Below are positions 38,979-51,890 of a stretch of 64,000 nucleotides of DNA, in pieces. Both the position numbers and the translations under genes were made by a program. The notes beneath the pieces were generated by a model. That model made no database searches. It was not told the DNA's origin and saw only the letters and a list, made by a program, of their open reading frames with translations. The DNA is from Octopus sinensis. Lineage: Eukaryota. The stretch lies in contig NC_043008.1 in the NCBI RefSeq assembly GCF_006345805.1, positions 32,984,001-33,048,000 of the forward strand. Reading direction: 5' to 3'. Within the stretch, counting starts at the first letter, position 1, and each line of letters opens with the position of its first letter.

Positions 38979-39220
38979 CCATAAGTCATGCAGCATTCTC
39001 GTTTTCATTTAAAATAATTGACACAATAAGGTGTATTTTTTAAAAAAATTAGGATGATGCATTACTTCTGGGACACCCTGTATATATATATATATATATA
39101 TACACACACATAAACACACACACATGCACACACACACACTCAGCCACACATGCATGCTCACACATATTCACATGCTTACATCCACATCAGTATATTGTAT
39201 CTTCTGTTTATTGTTTACAG

Positions 39221-39396
39221 GCAGCAACAGCGTGAATGTCTTCCTAGGACTTGGACTTCCCTGGGTTATATGTAGTATGTACTACACTATCAAAGGTGAA
39301 TCCTTCTTGGTGACCAACAATAACTTAGCATCCAGTGTTACACTTTTCACAATTTGTGGTGTCATTTGCATTACTTTACTAGTGTTACGTAGACTG
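39221..39396 (+). CDS. NCX/SLC8-like exon (TM8-TM9)
   Basis: ttgtttacag|...|gtaagt. Reads GSNSVNVFLGLGLPWVICSMYYTIKGESFLVTNNNLASSVTLFTICGVICITLLVLRRL. Confidence 0.97.
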
Positions 39397-39409
39397 GTAA
39401 GTGATAATA

Positions 39410-39746
39410 TTTCTATTCTTAACAGCATTTTGTCCATCTTTACATTCTGAGTTCAAATTTTGCCAAGGTCAACTTTGCTCGTCATCCTTTCAGAGTCAAT
39501 AAAATAAGTACCACTTGAGTACTGGGGTTGATGTAATTGACTAGCCATTACTCCAAACTTGTTGGCCTTGTGCTAAAATCTGAAACTATTATTATTATTA
39601 TTATTATTATGAAAGCATTAAATTGGCAGAATTATTAGCACACCAAAATGCTTTGCAGGGGTTGATAAAAACAACTATTCCCTTCCCAAAAATTCAGGCT
39701 GTTTGCCTATAGTAGAAAGGATTGTTGTTCTTGTTGCTGCTGCTGC

Positions 39747-39777
<31 letters not shown>

Positions 39778-40532
39778 GAGTGAGAGAGCAGTGCATGCCA
39801 TTAAAGTGACACTGGGGTACAAATATAAGAAACCCAATATATCCATTATGACTACCCGTCTGGTAAGGGTACACCAGGCAAATGTATCACCACCATATGT
39901 ATACAACATGGTGATCTCATATCAATATAAACAGCACATGACCTTGCATGTGTGGCCCACTTAGAATTTTCTTCAGGTCAAGTAGCACATCCTGCTCAAA
40001 AGTTCCCTGAAAAAGGGTTGTTTAAGGATGATGAACAAAACGCCCATGTTTCCTGAGGTGAATTATCCAAACCCCAAAGAATTCCTCTCAACACATGGCT
40101 TTGATACTTCCCCACTACTTCTGCTCATGACCAGAGATGCACATATCATCAGCCATTTAGGGACATGCTCAAATGGTTATGGTCAAGCAACTGACAAGCA
40201 AATCAGTAGTAGTGAGTAGAATATTTGCTGTAGCCCTTCAAGACAAAACATGTACATGATAACAGCTCCAATCAGTTAAGATGAGAAGCCCTGAGAGCCA
40301 GTACCTGGTATTGCATCAGGGCATTTATCATTATTATCCTTATTAAGGTGGCGAGCTGGCAGAATCATTCGCACACCAGGCAAAATACTTCTGGGTTCAA
40401 ATGCCTCCAAGGTCAACTTTGCCTTTCTTTCTTTCAAGGTCAAGAAATTAAGTACCAGTTAAGTACTGAGGTTGATGTAATTGGCTAGTCCCTTCCCCAC
40501 AAATTTCAGCCCTTGTGCCTATAGTAGAAAGG

Positions 40533-40582
<50 letters not shown>

Positions 40583-41340
40583 TACTAAGGTGGTGAGCTG
40601 GCGGAATTGTTAGCATACTGGACAAAGTGCTCTGTGGTATTTCGCCCATTGCTATGTTCTCAGTTCAAATTCTGCTGAAGTCAACTTTGCCTTTCGTCCT
40701 TTTAGGGTCAATAAAATATGTACCAGTTTAACAGTGGGGTTGATGTAATCAACTCATCCCACCTCCCCTAAACTACCTTTGTGGCAAATATTTGAAATTG
40801 TTGTTGTTGTTGTTGTTGTTGCTGTTGTTGTTGTTGACGACGACGACAAACTTAGCAGCCTTTTGTCCATCTTTATGTTCTGTGTTCAGATTCCGCTGGG
40901 GTCAACTTCACCTTTCCCCCATTTCAGGGTCCATAAAATAAGTATCAGTTGAGATTGGGGTTGATGTAATCAACTTACTCTCTCCTCCAAAACTACTGGC
41001 CTTGTGCCAAAATTTGAAACCATTATTATTATTATTATTGTTATTAAAGCAGCAAGCTGGCAGAACCATTAGCATGTTGGACAAAATACTTAGTGACAGT
41101 ATTTCCAACTCTTTACATTCTGAGGTCAACTTTATCTTTTCTACTTTCGAGGTTAAAATAAAGTACCAGTCAAGTACTGGGGCTGATGTAATCAACTACT
41201 AACCACACAATTGCTGGCTTTGTGCAAAATTTGAAACAGTTATTTTATTATTGTTGTTGTTGTTGTTACCATTCTTGTATGTTCTGAGTTCAAATATCAC
41301 CATGGTTAACTTTTACCTTTCATCCTTTTACAGTTATTAA
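39410..41340 (+). mobile_element. Head-to-tail cluster of ~7 short-SINE copies separated by (TTA)n/(TTG)n, plus one (CAA)-tailed minus-strand retroposon (~39735-40325)
   Basis: Repeated gagttcaaat / gtcaactttgcctttc / aagtaccagtt / gttgatgtaatc / gccttgtg modules. Confidence 0.85.
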
Positions 41341-41371
41341 TATATTATACCAATAAATAATTAAGGCAGTA

Positions 41372-41712
41372 AAAGTACATGGCCCAGTGGTTAGAGTGTC
41401 AGACTCACAATCATAAGGTAGCGAGTTTGATTCTTCTACTGGGTTGTGTGTTTCATTCTTGAGCAAGACACTTCATTTCACATTGCTCCAGTATACTCAG
41501 CTGTAGAAAGGAGTTGTGACATCACTGGTGCCAGGCTGTATCATCCTTTACCTTTCCTTGGATAACATCAGTGGCATGAAGAGGGGAAGCTGGTATGCAT
41601 GGGCGACTGCTGGTCTTCCATAAACAACCTTCTCTGCCTGCATTTGTACCTCAGAGGGTAACTTTCTAGGTGTAATCCCATGGCCATTCATGACCAAAGA
41701 AGATCTTTACCC
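41372..41712 (+). mobile_element. tRNA-headed SINE (third family)
   Basis: Colinear with 7563-7897. Confidence 0.85.
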
Positions 41713-42057
41713 TTTTAATCAACCATATATCTCCCACCAAAACTTATATGGCTTTGTGCCCATGTAAGAAAATATTATTATTACCCTTTTATATACTGAG
41801 TTTAAATCTTATCTGAGTCAACTTTGTCATTCATCTTTCAAATGCCATTACAATAATGCATATGTACTAGTCAAGCACTGGAGCTCAGTTTAATCAACCC
41901 TAAATAATCTTAAATCAGTTTAATCAACCCTCTAACCCTAAATAATGTATGGCTTAGTACTAATGTCTGAAATATTTATTATCCATTATATAAACCGAAT
42001 CTAGTCTGAGATTGGTGATGATTCATTATCTTATATTCTACCTTATTAGACTGTGAT

Positions 42058-42243
42058 AATGCTGGGACACCACCTTGAAGGATTTTAATCAAATGAATCG
42101 ACACCAGCACTTTTTGTTTTAAGCCTGGTACTTATTCTATCAATCTTTTTTGCTGAACCGCTAAGTTATGGGAACATAAACACACCAGCATCGGTTGACA
42201 AACACAAACACACAAACATACATACATACATGCATGCATGCAT

Positions 42244-42303
<60 letters not shown>

Positions 42304-42440
42304 ACATACATACATGCATGCATACATACATACATACACACACATACATACATACATACACACATACACACACACACACACATACATACATACATACATA
42401 CATACTTACATACATACATACACACATACATGCATACATG

Positions 42441-42475
<35 letters not shown>

Positions 42476-42653
42476 ATATACATACATACATATTATGACA
42501 AGCTTCCTTCAGTTACAGTCTACCAAATCCACTCACAAGGCTTTGGTCAGCCTGAGGCTAAAGTAGAAGTCACTTGCCCAAGGTGCCATGCAGTGGGACT
42601 AAAACCAGAATCATGTAGCTGGGAAGCAAGTTTCTTACCACATAGCCATGCTT
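42058..42653 (-). mobile_element. Composite SINE with expanded internal (CATA/CA)n
   Basis: Family halves flank the microsatellite at about 42205-42492. Confidence 0.85.
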
Positions 42654-42796
42654 GTATAAAAAAAATTTACATACATCCCAAATGCTACCTTTGGCAAAAG
42701 CATCGAATTTATAACATTGTTTACTGATTTCCAGTTGAATATGCAGTGCAAGACAAGCAACTAAGCCATACAAGATCTTAACCCATTAGCATTTAA

Positions 42797-43007
42797 CCCT
42801 TTGGTGTTCAGATTACTCTGTTAAATGTAATACTTTTTCACTCAAATTGTTTTGAATTAATCATGCATTATCTTCTAGCTTTGAGGTTTCAGTGATGTGA
42901 TTGTTTATTTTTAGCATGGTTAGGTGTAAGAGACTAGATATTGCCAGTGTGAATATAAAATATTTAGAATATTTGGGTCGGATATGGCCGGTTTAAACAC
43001 CAAAGGG
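42797..43007 (+). mobile_element. piggyBac-type MITE nested in the internal TTAA of another copy
   Basis: TTAA|CCCTTTGGTGTT...AACACCAAAGGG|TTAA. The flanks cccattagcat and accagccgtatccag rejoin into the family's other terminus. Confidence 0.75.
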
Positions 43008-43589
43008 TTAAACCAGCCGTATCCAGTCCCTGTGAAGACACATAGCTCAATGGTTAGAGTATCAGGCTCACAATCATGACTGTATGTTGTGTTCTTGAGC
43101 ATCAGCATGGCTGCAGCTCTGAGCTGAAACTACAGAGAAAAAAAAAAGGACACTTTATTTCACATTGCTCCAGTTCACTCAGCTGCAGAAAGGAGTTGCT
43201 ATGTTACTGGTACCAAGCTGTATCAGCCTTTGTCTTCCCCTTGGATAACATCAGTGATGTGGAGAAGGGAAGCTGGTATGTATAGGCAACTGCTGGTCTT
43301 CTATAAACAACCTTGGTTGGACTTGTATGCCTCAGAGGGTAACTTTCTAGGTGTAATCCCATGGTCATTCATGACTGAAGGTGTTCTTTACTCATTACGC
43401 TTTACTCAGTCCAAACATTCTTCCTGTTTTATGTTCAAACTGGCCAGATCTGGCCTCTCACACCCATCCTAAAATACTATTCTGAAAATAAACACTCACA
43501 TCATTGAAATCTCAAAGCAATGAGATAATGCATGGTTAAGTCAAAACAATAGGAATGAATAAGCAATCTGAGTGTTAAAGAGTTAACCA

Positions 43590-44745
43590 CCCAAATGTAC
43601 AATCTGACTTGCAACTATAATGATGAATAAGTGGTGGAGAAATTCTACCAAGATCCACAAGAAGCGAAAGTTGGCAAACATAATGAAAAAGATGTATTTA
43701 TAATTCAAGCTAAATTGGAATGCAAAAATAGTATCAGATGCTCCTGAAACTTGGAAGTGAACTGTTGCTAAATATGAATTGGAATAAATAAAAAAAACTA
43801 ATAACAGGGGAGTATAATTAGCATTTCCAAAACAACACAAGCTATTTATAGCAAATATCTGATACACAGTGCAAGTTATCAAGAGCTATAAACTGGAATT
43901 TACTAGGGGGATATAATATAACCAGTTTAATTTTATTCTCATCCAAAAAAGATAACAGTGGATTATAAATGAAACTAAAGCTCCAAGTTTTACCAGGTGC
44001 AAATATAAGCAGGATTAATGAACTTTTAATTATGACAATAAAAATTAAATTCGAATCATTCATGAAGAACTAAGCTTTGAAAATAAAATACTACCCTGAA
44101 AAATTTTAAATCCTGAATATTGCAGAATTTAAAGCACAGATAAAAGAATTGTTCTCACATAAAATCCTTATTATTATAATTAGAGGCAAGGTTCAAGAAT
44201 TAACAGGTGCATTTGAAGAATAACAAGAGTTGTCAGAACTCTTTGTATGAAAGAAAAAAGTTAAGAATCCATATAAATAAATATGTTTTAATTAGCTGTG
44301 ATGAAAGAAGAGATCTGAAACAAAATCTTTATGTAAACAAAACTGCAGGAATTGGCCAAGAGGAAAGTTTTAGAAAAAGGAGATTTGGGCAGGAAAAGAT
44401 ATGTACATAGGTTATCAAAAGATGTGAGGAAACAGAAAGAATCCACAGAGGAAATGAAATAAGAAAACATATCGAATGGTTAAAGAGCTAACCAAAGAAT
44501 GGATACCTAAAAATAAAGTTGTTGATGACAACCTGCTAAGCAAGCTAAATGAAGTAAAGGAGATGGAAATAATACTTTGAAGAATGTTGCAGACACAAAC
44601 TGGAGGTAGATAGCAACATGTTAAAAGAATTAAGCAAGAAAACTTCCTTTGATGTACAAGAGAAAGAAATCATCTCAGAAGTTACACAAATAATTAGGAA
44701 AGTAAATATTTCACCTGGAACAGGTTATATTGTATAATGTAGAAC
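43590..44745 (+). mobile_element. Highly decayed RTE-type LINE fragment (APE endonuclease and linker)
   Basis: Broken frames resembling VEKFYQ, 'GDWNAK', NNRG..L.F, NQF.FIL and downstream RTE linker motifs. Confidence 0.7.
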
Positions 44746-44953
44746 TGTTAAAGTAGGAAGATGAACATATCACTGATAATCTTTGTAAACTTTGTTTTAC
44801 AACTATGGCTGTGAGGTTATGAAGCTCACTTTGTAACCATGCTTTCAGGTTCAGTCCCATCGCATGGCACCTTGGGCAAGTGCCTTTGACTATAGCATTG
44901 GGCCAATCAGTGCATTATGATTTTTGTAGATGGAAACTGTGTGGCAATTCATT

Positions 44954-44973
44954 GTGTGTGTGTGTGTGTGTGC

Positions 44974-45050
<77 letters not shown>
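44954..45050. repeat. (GT)n microsatellite
   Basis: Direct read. Confidence 0.97.
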
Positions 45051-45051
<1 letters not shown>

Positions 45052-45900
45052 AAATGTTTATTTGTATTTGTTCTCACCATCACTTGAAAACTGGGGTTTA
45101 TTTGTTTGCCTAAACCATTCAAACTTGTGCCCCAGCATGGCTGCAGTTCAATGACTGAAAAGACAGTATTTCATGTGCTGGAGAATGGCCCATAAAATGG
45201 GACTGAATCAAATTTTATACAATAACCAGAGAAGGGAAATATCAAACAGTGTGAAAACAATCATAAAACTAGTTTAATTAACCATCAGAATAAGGTTTTG
45301 CTATATGTTTCCCTTGCTTGAATGAAACCAACAATAAAAATTATACTAAAATTATGCTCAGAAAAACACAGATGGGAGAAATTGACATGGAGAGAAATTG
45401 AGGTTTATTATGAGAAAATATAACACCAGCTTATCAATAATACGTTATATTAACATGTAAAAAGTTTACAAGTGACTGGTTTGTCAGGTTCAGAAAAGGG
45501 TGCATTTTTACTATTCTGTTGCAATGCATTTCTGGAATACATGAGAGAGGAGGTAAGGAATTTAGTATCTCTGTTTTTGCCAATGATATTGATTAAGAAC
45601 ATTTTGTGTGTAAAAGAAAATAGAAACAAAAATGATGTAAAAAGCAAGATAATGATAGGCAGAAAGAATAAACACATAGTTGTTCCAATTGAAATAGTAG
45701 GAGAGAAGTTCAAACATGACAAAGTGGACATTAAAATATGATGGTGATGATGATGATGACAACGACGATGATAAAAACAACAACAACAACAAAAATTTGT
45801 ACTTTTAAATACAATAGTTTCAACTGCACTTTATGAGTGACAGTCAGAGGAAAAAAAGGAAAAAAAAGAGCATGGCTTTTTAAAGTACTTATATCATTAA

Positions 45901-46120
45901 CCCTTTAGCAATCAGATTATTCTGTCAAATGTAATGCTTATTTATTCACATTGCTTTGAATTAATCATGTATTATCTGGTCACTTCAAGATTTTGATGAT
46001 GTGATTGTTTATTTTTAGAATGACATTGTAGGGTAGGTGTGAAACACCAGATCTAGTCAGTTTGAATATAAAACAGGTAGAATATTTTGGCTGGATACAG
46101 TTGGTTTAAATACTAAAGAG
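45901..46120 (+). mobile_element. piggyBac-type MITE (TTAA target)
   Basis: TTAA|CCCTTTAGCA...TACTAAAGAG|TTAA. The same family occurs at about 9393-9565, 24500-24680, 42797-43007 and 43400-43582. Confidence 0.8.
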
Positions 46121-46294
46121 TTAAGAGAGGATTTGGCAGAATTGTTAGACAAACTATGTTACAGTAATTACTTATAACCCTTTGCATTCTGAGTTTAAAA
46201 ACTACCTAAGTTAACTTTACCTTTAATCTTCCTGAGGTAAATATTGTCTATAACATAAAGTGCCACTCTAGAACTAGAGTCAGTTTGGTATTCC

Positions 46295-46700
46295 TCTTAA
46301 GTATCCCAGATATGAATAGAATTATCATACAAGAAAAGTGGTCAACTTTGCCATCATCTTGTCAGGGTTGATAAAACAAAGAACCAGTCAAGTACTAGAG
46401 ATGATATAATATTCTTATAAAGCATTCAAGCAGTGAATGGTATTATGATAGAGGGAAAATTATCAGCTTTGCTGTTATCGTCACAGGACTGATAAAGCAA
46501 AGCAGAAATGTAAGGAGGTTGATTTAATATTCATATAAGGTATCCAAAACATGAATAGAAATATAAGAAGGGAGGTCAACTATGTCTTTCATCTATTTAG
46601 GGTCAATAAGATAAAGTATCAGTGAAGGATTAGAAGTGATTTATTTACGGAGCATCCAAGATGTGAATGGAAATATTATAGAAAGATCTCATCAGTCTTA
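46295..46700 (+). repeat. Degenerate ~112-120 bp tandem array (about 4 units)
   Basis: g(t/c)at(c/t)c...tgaat(a/g)g anchors at about 46301, 46421, 46540 and 46652; the first three are followed by tca(a/g)ct..g SINE-core-like sequence. Confidence 0.6.
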
Positions 46701-46896
46701 GAGAGCCTACAAAGATCATAGGTACTGTCCCTTTCTACCAAAATAAGCCTGAGAAAAGAATTATCAAATGCATTTCCTGTGTTTTCACATAATATCTCCT
46801 ATATGCTATTCTGTTTTTGTCTCCTGTATCCAGTGACATTTCTCTTAACAATGATATTACTATACATTCTATATTTGTCTCATAATTTCTTTACAG

Positions 46897-47040
46897 ATCG
46901 TCGGTGGTGAGCTGGGAGGATCTTGGTGTGTTTCACGGATGTGCAGCCTATTCTTATTTCTCTTATGGGTAACATATATATGCATAATTGGTGCCAAATC
47001 ATATGATGTCAAAATTCTCCCTTGGCTCGACGTGTTGTAG
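46897..47040 (+). CDS. NCX/SLC8-like terminal coding exon with stop codon
   Basis: tttctttacag| then IVGGELGGSWCVSRMCSLFLFLLWVTYICIIGAKSYDVKILPWLDVL and TAG at 47038-47040. GGELGG is the conserved NCX C-terminal motif. Confidence 0.97.
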   Translation: MVGGELGGSWCVSRMCSLFLFLLWVTYICIIGAKSYDVKILPWLDVL

Positions 47041-47150
47041 CATGTAGAATGCTTTGTCATAACAATAGTGCGGTTGAACAAGAAGCTTGATGTACTTCTA
47101 CCACAGCTTTGAACACAACACTCACAACCAACAACAAGAATGAATGAACG

Positions 47151-47164
47151 AATAAATAAATAAA
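47151..47164 (+). promoter_or_regulatory. Candidate proximal polyadenylation signal (overlapping AATAAA hexamers)
   Basis: aataaataaataaa about 110 nt after the NCX stop codon. The region is AT-rich, so this could be chance. Confidence 0.35.
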
Positions 47165-47220
47165 AAAGTATATAAGTATTTTCGTTAAAACAGTGACACA
47201 GTTTGGAAATAAGGAAAGAA

Positions 47221-47660
47221 CATATATATACATATATATACACACACACACATATATATATATGTTATGTATATATATGTATGTGTGTATACATATATGT
47301 ATATATCAACAGATATATAGATATATATGTATATGTATATATATATCTGTGTATATGTATATACATATACACACGCACACACATACACACATAAGCATGT
47401 ATAATCATATACTTCATGTATATAAATATATGTGTGTATACACATATATGCTTATATATACGATATATATATATATATACACACATCCATATAATCATAT
47501 ACTTCATGTATATAATTATATGTCTGCATGTATATATATTTTACATACATGCTTTTTAGCCTCTCTCTCTCTCTCTGTATGTATATATATATATGTATGT
47601 ATGTATGTGTGTGTGTGTGTGTGTCTGTATGTGTGTGTATACACACACATATGCATATAC
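47221..47660. repeat. Compound AT/GT microsatellite downstream of the NCX stop codon
   Basis: Direct read; includes the repeated word ataatcatatacttcatgtatata. Confidence 0.9.
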
Positions 47661-48409
47661 TCAGTAAAGCTATCAGTAGTGTGACTGACTACATGTGAAA
47701 TATATAACACACTGAAGAAGAAAACCAGAAAATTCCCTATTAAGATAATATTTATGTGGAAAGGCAAAGAAAAAAAGACAACACATTCAAAATGAATATA
47801 AACAAAAATTACAATGTTTTCCCTTTGTATTTCTATGTGAATATATGTTTCTGCGTTAATGTATGTGTATAAACATATTTGTTTGATTTTATGAAAGAAA
47901 TTATCAGAGGTATATGTGGCAGAATTACTAACAAAGATAAATAAATATTTAAATATTTTCAAACAAAGATGTCAAAAGTTATGATGTCAAAATTGAAAAA
48001 AGAAATAAAACCATAGAAAGGGACATGAAGATTGATAGGGAGGCAGAGAGAGAAGGTAATAAGAAAGAGAGAGTGTGGTGGGTGATGTGAGCCAGCTGAG
48101 TGGTAAGTTTTAAAATTCCATAGGGCAGAAATGTAACAAAAATCCGGAACACATATATATATATATATAAGCATAGTTGATATGTGCTTATAAACATGTA
48201 TACATCGACATATATATATAGAGAGAGAGAGAGAGATATAGATATATATATATATGTGTATGTGTATACATATCTGCATACATACACACAAGATATGCAT
48301 AAATATATATTCATATATATGTATATACACACATATAAATCTATACATATATACACAACCTGTTACCTATTGAAATATAAATATACATATATATATATGT
48401 ATATATATT

Positions 48410-49339
48410 TATTTACATATATATATATACACATATATATATATATGTATATATATATATTTACATATATATATACATATATTTACATATATATACATAC
48501 ATATATTTAAATATATATATACATATGTTACCTATGGAGATATAAACAATTATATATTAGCATATACATATACATTTAGACGTGTGAATATATATATATA
48601 TATATACACATAAATATGTAGACATATATTTATATATACTTACATACATACATACACACACACACACATATATATATACATATATGTGTGTGTGTTTATG
48701 TGTATATGTATGTATGTATGTATTTATAAACACACACGATATTTCATACATTTCAAGTTTTTGCAAAGAACCTGTACTTTTGCTAATTTTATAACTCTTG
48801 AGAAACTGAATATTTTCAATCTGTAAACACAGTTGAATGATTTTAAAGATTTCCTTCTGGTTCAAATGTTTGGAAAGAGTTTTGTTCATAACAGTTAAAA
48901 TAATTTCTCTGCAAAACATGTGCCATTTCATAAGAAGAATACTGAAAAATCTATTTGACACAGCAAACTTGCTCAAAGGCAATTCGAAGTGTATTTCACA
49001 CTTAAATATAAACTGATCTTATTAAAATTCTGCATACCAAAACATCAATCAATCAGGGATTTTGGCAGTGTCCAGTAGAAGATACAAAGTGACTCAAGGG
49101 CCAAGAATTTCGTACTGTAGCACTTAGACGCTTGACCTTTGAGTCATTCTGTAGCTTTTGCTGATGAAATAAAAAAAAATGTATGTTCTCATATTTTGAC
49201 TTCTATTTTGGTGTTTATATTACCAAAGCATGCATGTTTGCATATGTGTGCATGCACACATGTGGTAATGTTCATGTTGTTAGATAACAAATTGCAACAA
49301 ACATTTATTGTATAAAATGAATTGATTCTAGTACTATGG

Positions 49340-49389
<50 letters not shown>

Positions 49390-49732
49390 GTATATATGTA
49401 TACATATATAGACATAGTTATCAATAAATCAAGGGAGATGCCTGTGCATGAGAACCCACAATAACCACTTAGAGTAAAGCACTCTCTTATAATATTATGA
49501 ACCATGTGGAAATAAATAGTGCTCAAAGACTGGGTCACAAAGTTAAATTCAACCCACATAAAATCTCATATTGCTGTATATATATATATATATATAATAT
49601 CTGTGTGTGTATTCATATATGCATTGATATTATTAATCAGCACTGATAAAGTGCCATTGCACAAGACTCTTGGCCCTTGAGTTCTATATATACATATTTT
49701 GAGTTCTATTTTCTTGTTTGTATTACAAAACC

Positions 49733-49771
<39 letters not shown>

Positions 49772-51010
49772 TGTGTGTGCAAGTGCACGCACACACACAT
49801 ATTCTCTTTTATTCTCTTTTACTTGTTTCAGTCATTTGACTGCAGCCATGCTGGAGCACCGCCTTTAGTCGAGCAAATCGACCCCAGGACTTATTTTTGG
49901 GAAGCTTAGTACATATTCTATCAGTCTCTTTTGCCATACCACTAAGTTACAGGGATGTAAACACACCACCATTGGTTGTCAAATGATGTTGGGGGGTACA
50001 AAAACAGACACACAAACATATACACACATAAACATATACACACACATACGTATATATATATATATATATTATATATATATATATTTACATATATATATAT
50101 ACACATATATATATATATATTATATATATATATATTACATATATATATACATATATTTACATATATATACATACATATATTTAAATATATATATACATAT
50201 GTTACCTATGGAGATATAAACAATTATATATTAGCATATACATATACATTTAGACGTGTGAATATATATATATATATACACATAAATATGTAGACATATA
50301 TTTATATATACTTACATACATACATACACACACACACACACATATATATATACATATATGTGTGTGTGTTTATGTGTATATGTATGTATGTATGTATTTA
50401 TAAACACACACGATATTTCATACATTTCAAGTTTTTGCAAAGAACCTGTACTTTTGCTAATTTTATAACTCTTGAGAAACTGAATATTTTCAATCTGTAA
50501 ACACAGTTGAATGATTTTAAAGATTTCCTTCTGGTTCAAATGTTTGGAAAGAGTTTTGTTCATAACAGTTAAAATAATTTCTCTGCAAAACATGTGCCAT
50601 TTCATAAGAAGAATACTGAAAAATCTATTTGACACAGCAAACTTGCTCAAAGGCAATTCGAAGTGTATTTCACACTTAATATAAACTGATCTTATTAAAA
50701 TTCTGCATACCAAAACATCAATCAATCAGGGATTTTGGCAGTGTCCAGTAGAAGATACAAAGTGACTCAAGGGCCAAGAATTTCGTACTGTAGCACTTAG
50801 ACGCTTGACCTTTGAGTCATTCTGTAGCTTTTGCTGATGAAATAAAAAAAAATGTATGTTCTCATATTTTGACTTCTATTTTGGTGTTTATATTACCAAA
50901 GCATGCATGTTTGCATATGTGTGCATGCACACATGTGGTAATGTTCATGTTGTTAGATAACAAATTGCAACAAACATTTATTGTATAAAATGAATTGATT
51001 CTAGTACTAT

Positions 51011-51064
<54 letters not shown>

Positions 51065-51248
51065 GTATATATGTATACATATATAGACATAGTTATCAAT
51101 AAATCAAGGGAGATGCCTGTGCATGAGAACCCACAATAACCACTTAGAGTAAAGCACTCTCTTATAATATTATGAACCATGTGGAAATAAATAGTGCTCA
51201 AAGACTGGGTCACAAAGTTAAATTCAACCCACATAAAATCTCATATTG

Positions 51249-51289
<41 letters not shown>

Positions 51290-51421
51290 CTGTGTGTGTA
51301 TTCATATATGCATTGATATTATTAATCAGCACTGATAAAGTGCCATTGCACAAGACTCTTGGCCCTTGAGTTCTATATATACATATTTTGAGTTCTATTT
51401 TCTTGTTTGTATTACAAAACC

Positions 51422-51466
<45 letters not shown>

Positions 51467-51760
51467 AAGTGCACGCACACACACATATTCTCTTTTATTC
51501 TCTTTTACTTGTTTCAGTCATTTGACTGCAGCCATGCTGGAGCACCGCCTTTAGTCGAGCAAATCGACCCCAGGACTTATTTTTGGGAAGCTTAGTACAT
51601 ATTCTATCAGTCTCTTTTGCCATACCACTAAGTTACAGGGATGTAAACACACCACCATTGGTTGTCAAATGATGTTGGGGGGTACAAAAACAGACACACA
51701 AACATATACACACATAAACATATACACACACATACGTATATATATATATATATATATATA
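48410..51760 (+). repeat. Near-identical tandem duplication, unit ~1.68 kb
   Basis: gttacctatggaga at 48527 and 50201; catacg at 50045 and 51731. Visible differences are microsatellite lengths and 1-bp indels. Confidence 0.95.
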
Positions 51761-51850
51761 TAGGGAGAGTTTACGAAAAAAGCAACAAAAGACGAAGACA
51801 GGTGGTGTGCAAAACACATATGTATTAGTATAACGCTCAGGAATAGAAAA

Positions 51851-51890
51851 AGTCTTTTACGTTTCGAGCCTACGCTCTTCTACAGAAAGG
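51851..51890 (-). ncRNA. Minimal hammerhead-like motif with non-canonical core CUGUAGA (family copy A)
   Basis: Minus strand CUUU-CUGUAGA-A-GAGC-GUAG-GCUC-GAAA-CGU-A-AAAG: perfect stems I and II, ACGU palindrome, GUA triplet. Confidence 0.6.

Noticed and set aside
39410-41340. Regularly spaced repeats that might suggest a CRISPR-like array
   Set aside because: The units are ~200-bp SINE copies separated by trinucleotide tails in a eukaryotic intron, with no cas genes.
45472-45741. 89-aa ORF MTGLSGSEKG...
   Set aside because: No domain recognised, no splice or promoter context, and it overlaps a SINE end; probably a chance ORF.
47026-47040. C-terminal -D-V-L resembling a class III PDZ-binding motif
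   Set aside because: The NCX C-terminus is extracellular in the 10-TM topology, and a 3-residue motif is uninformative.
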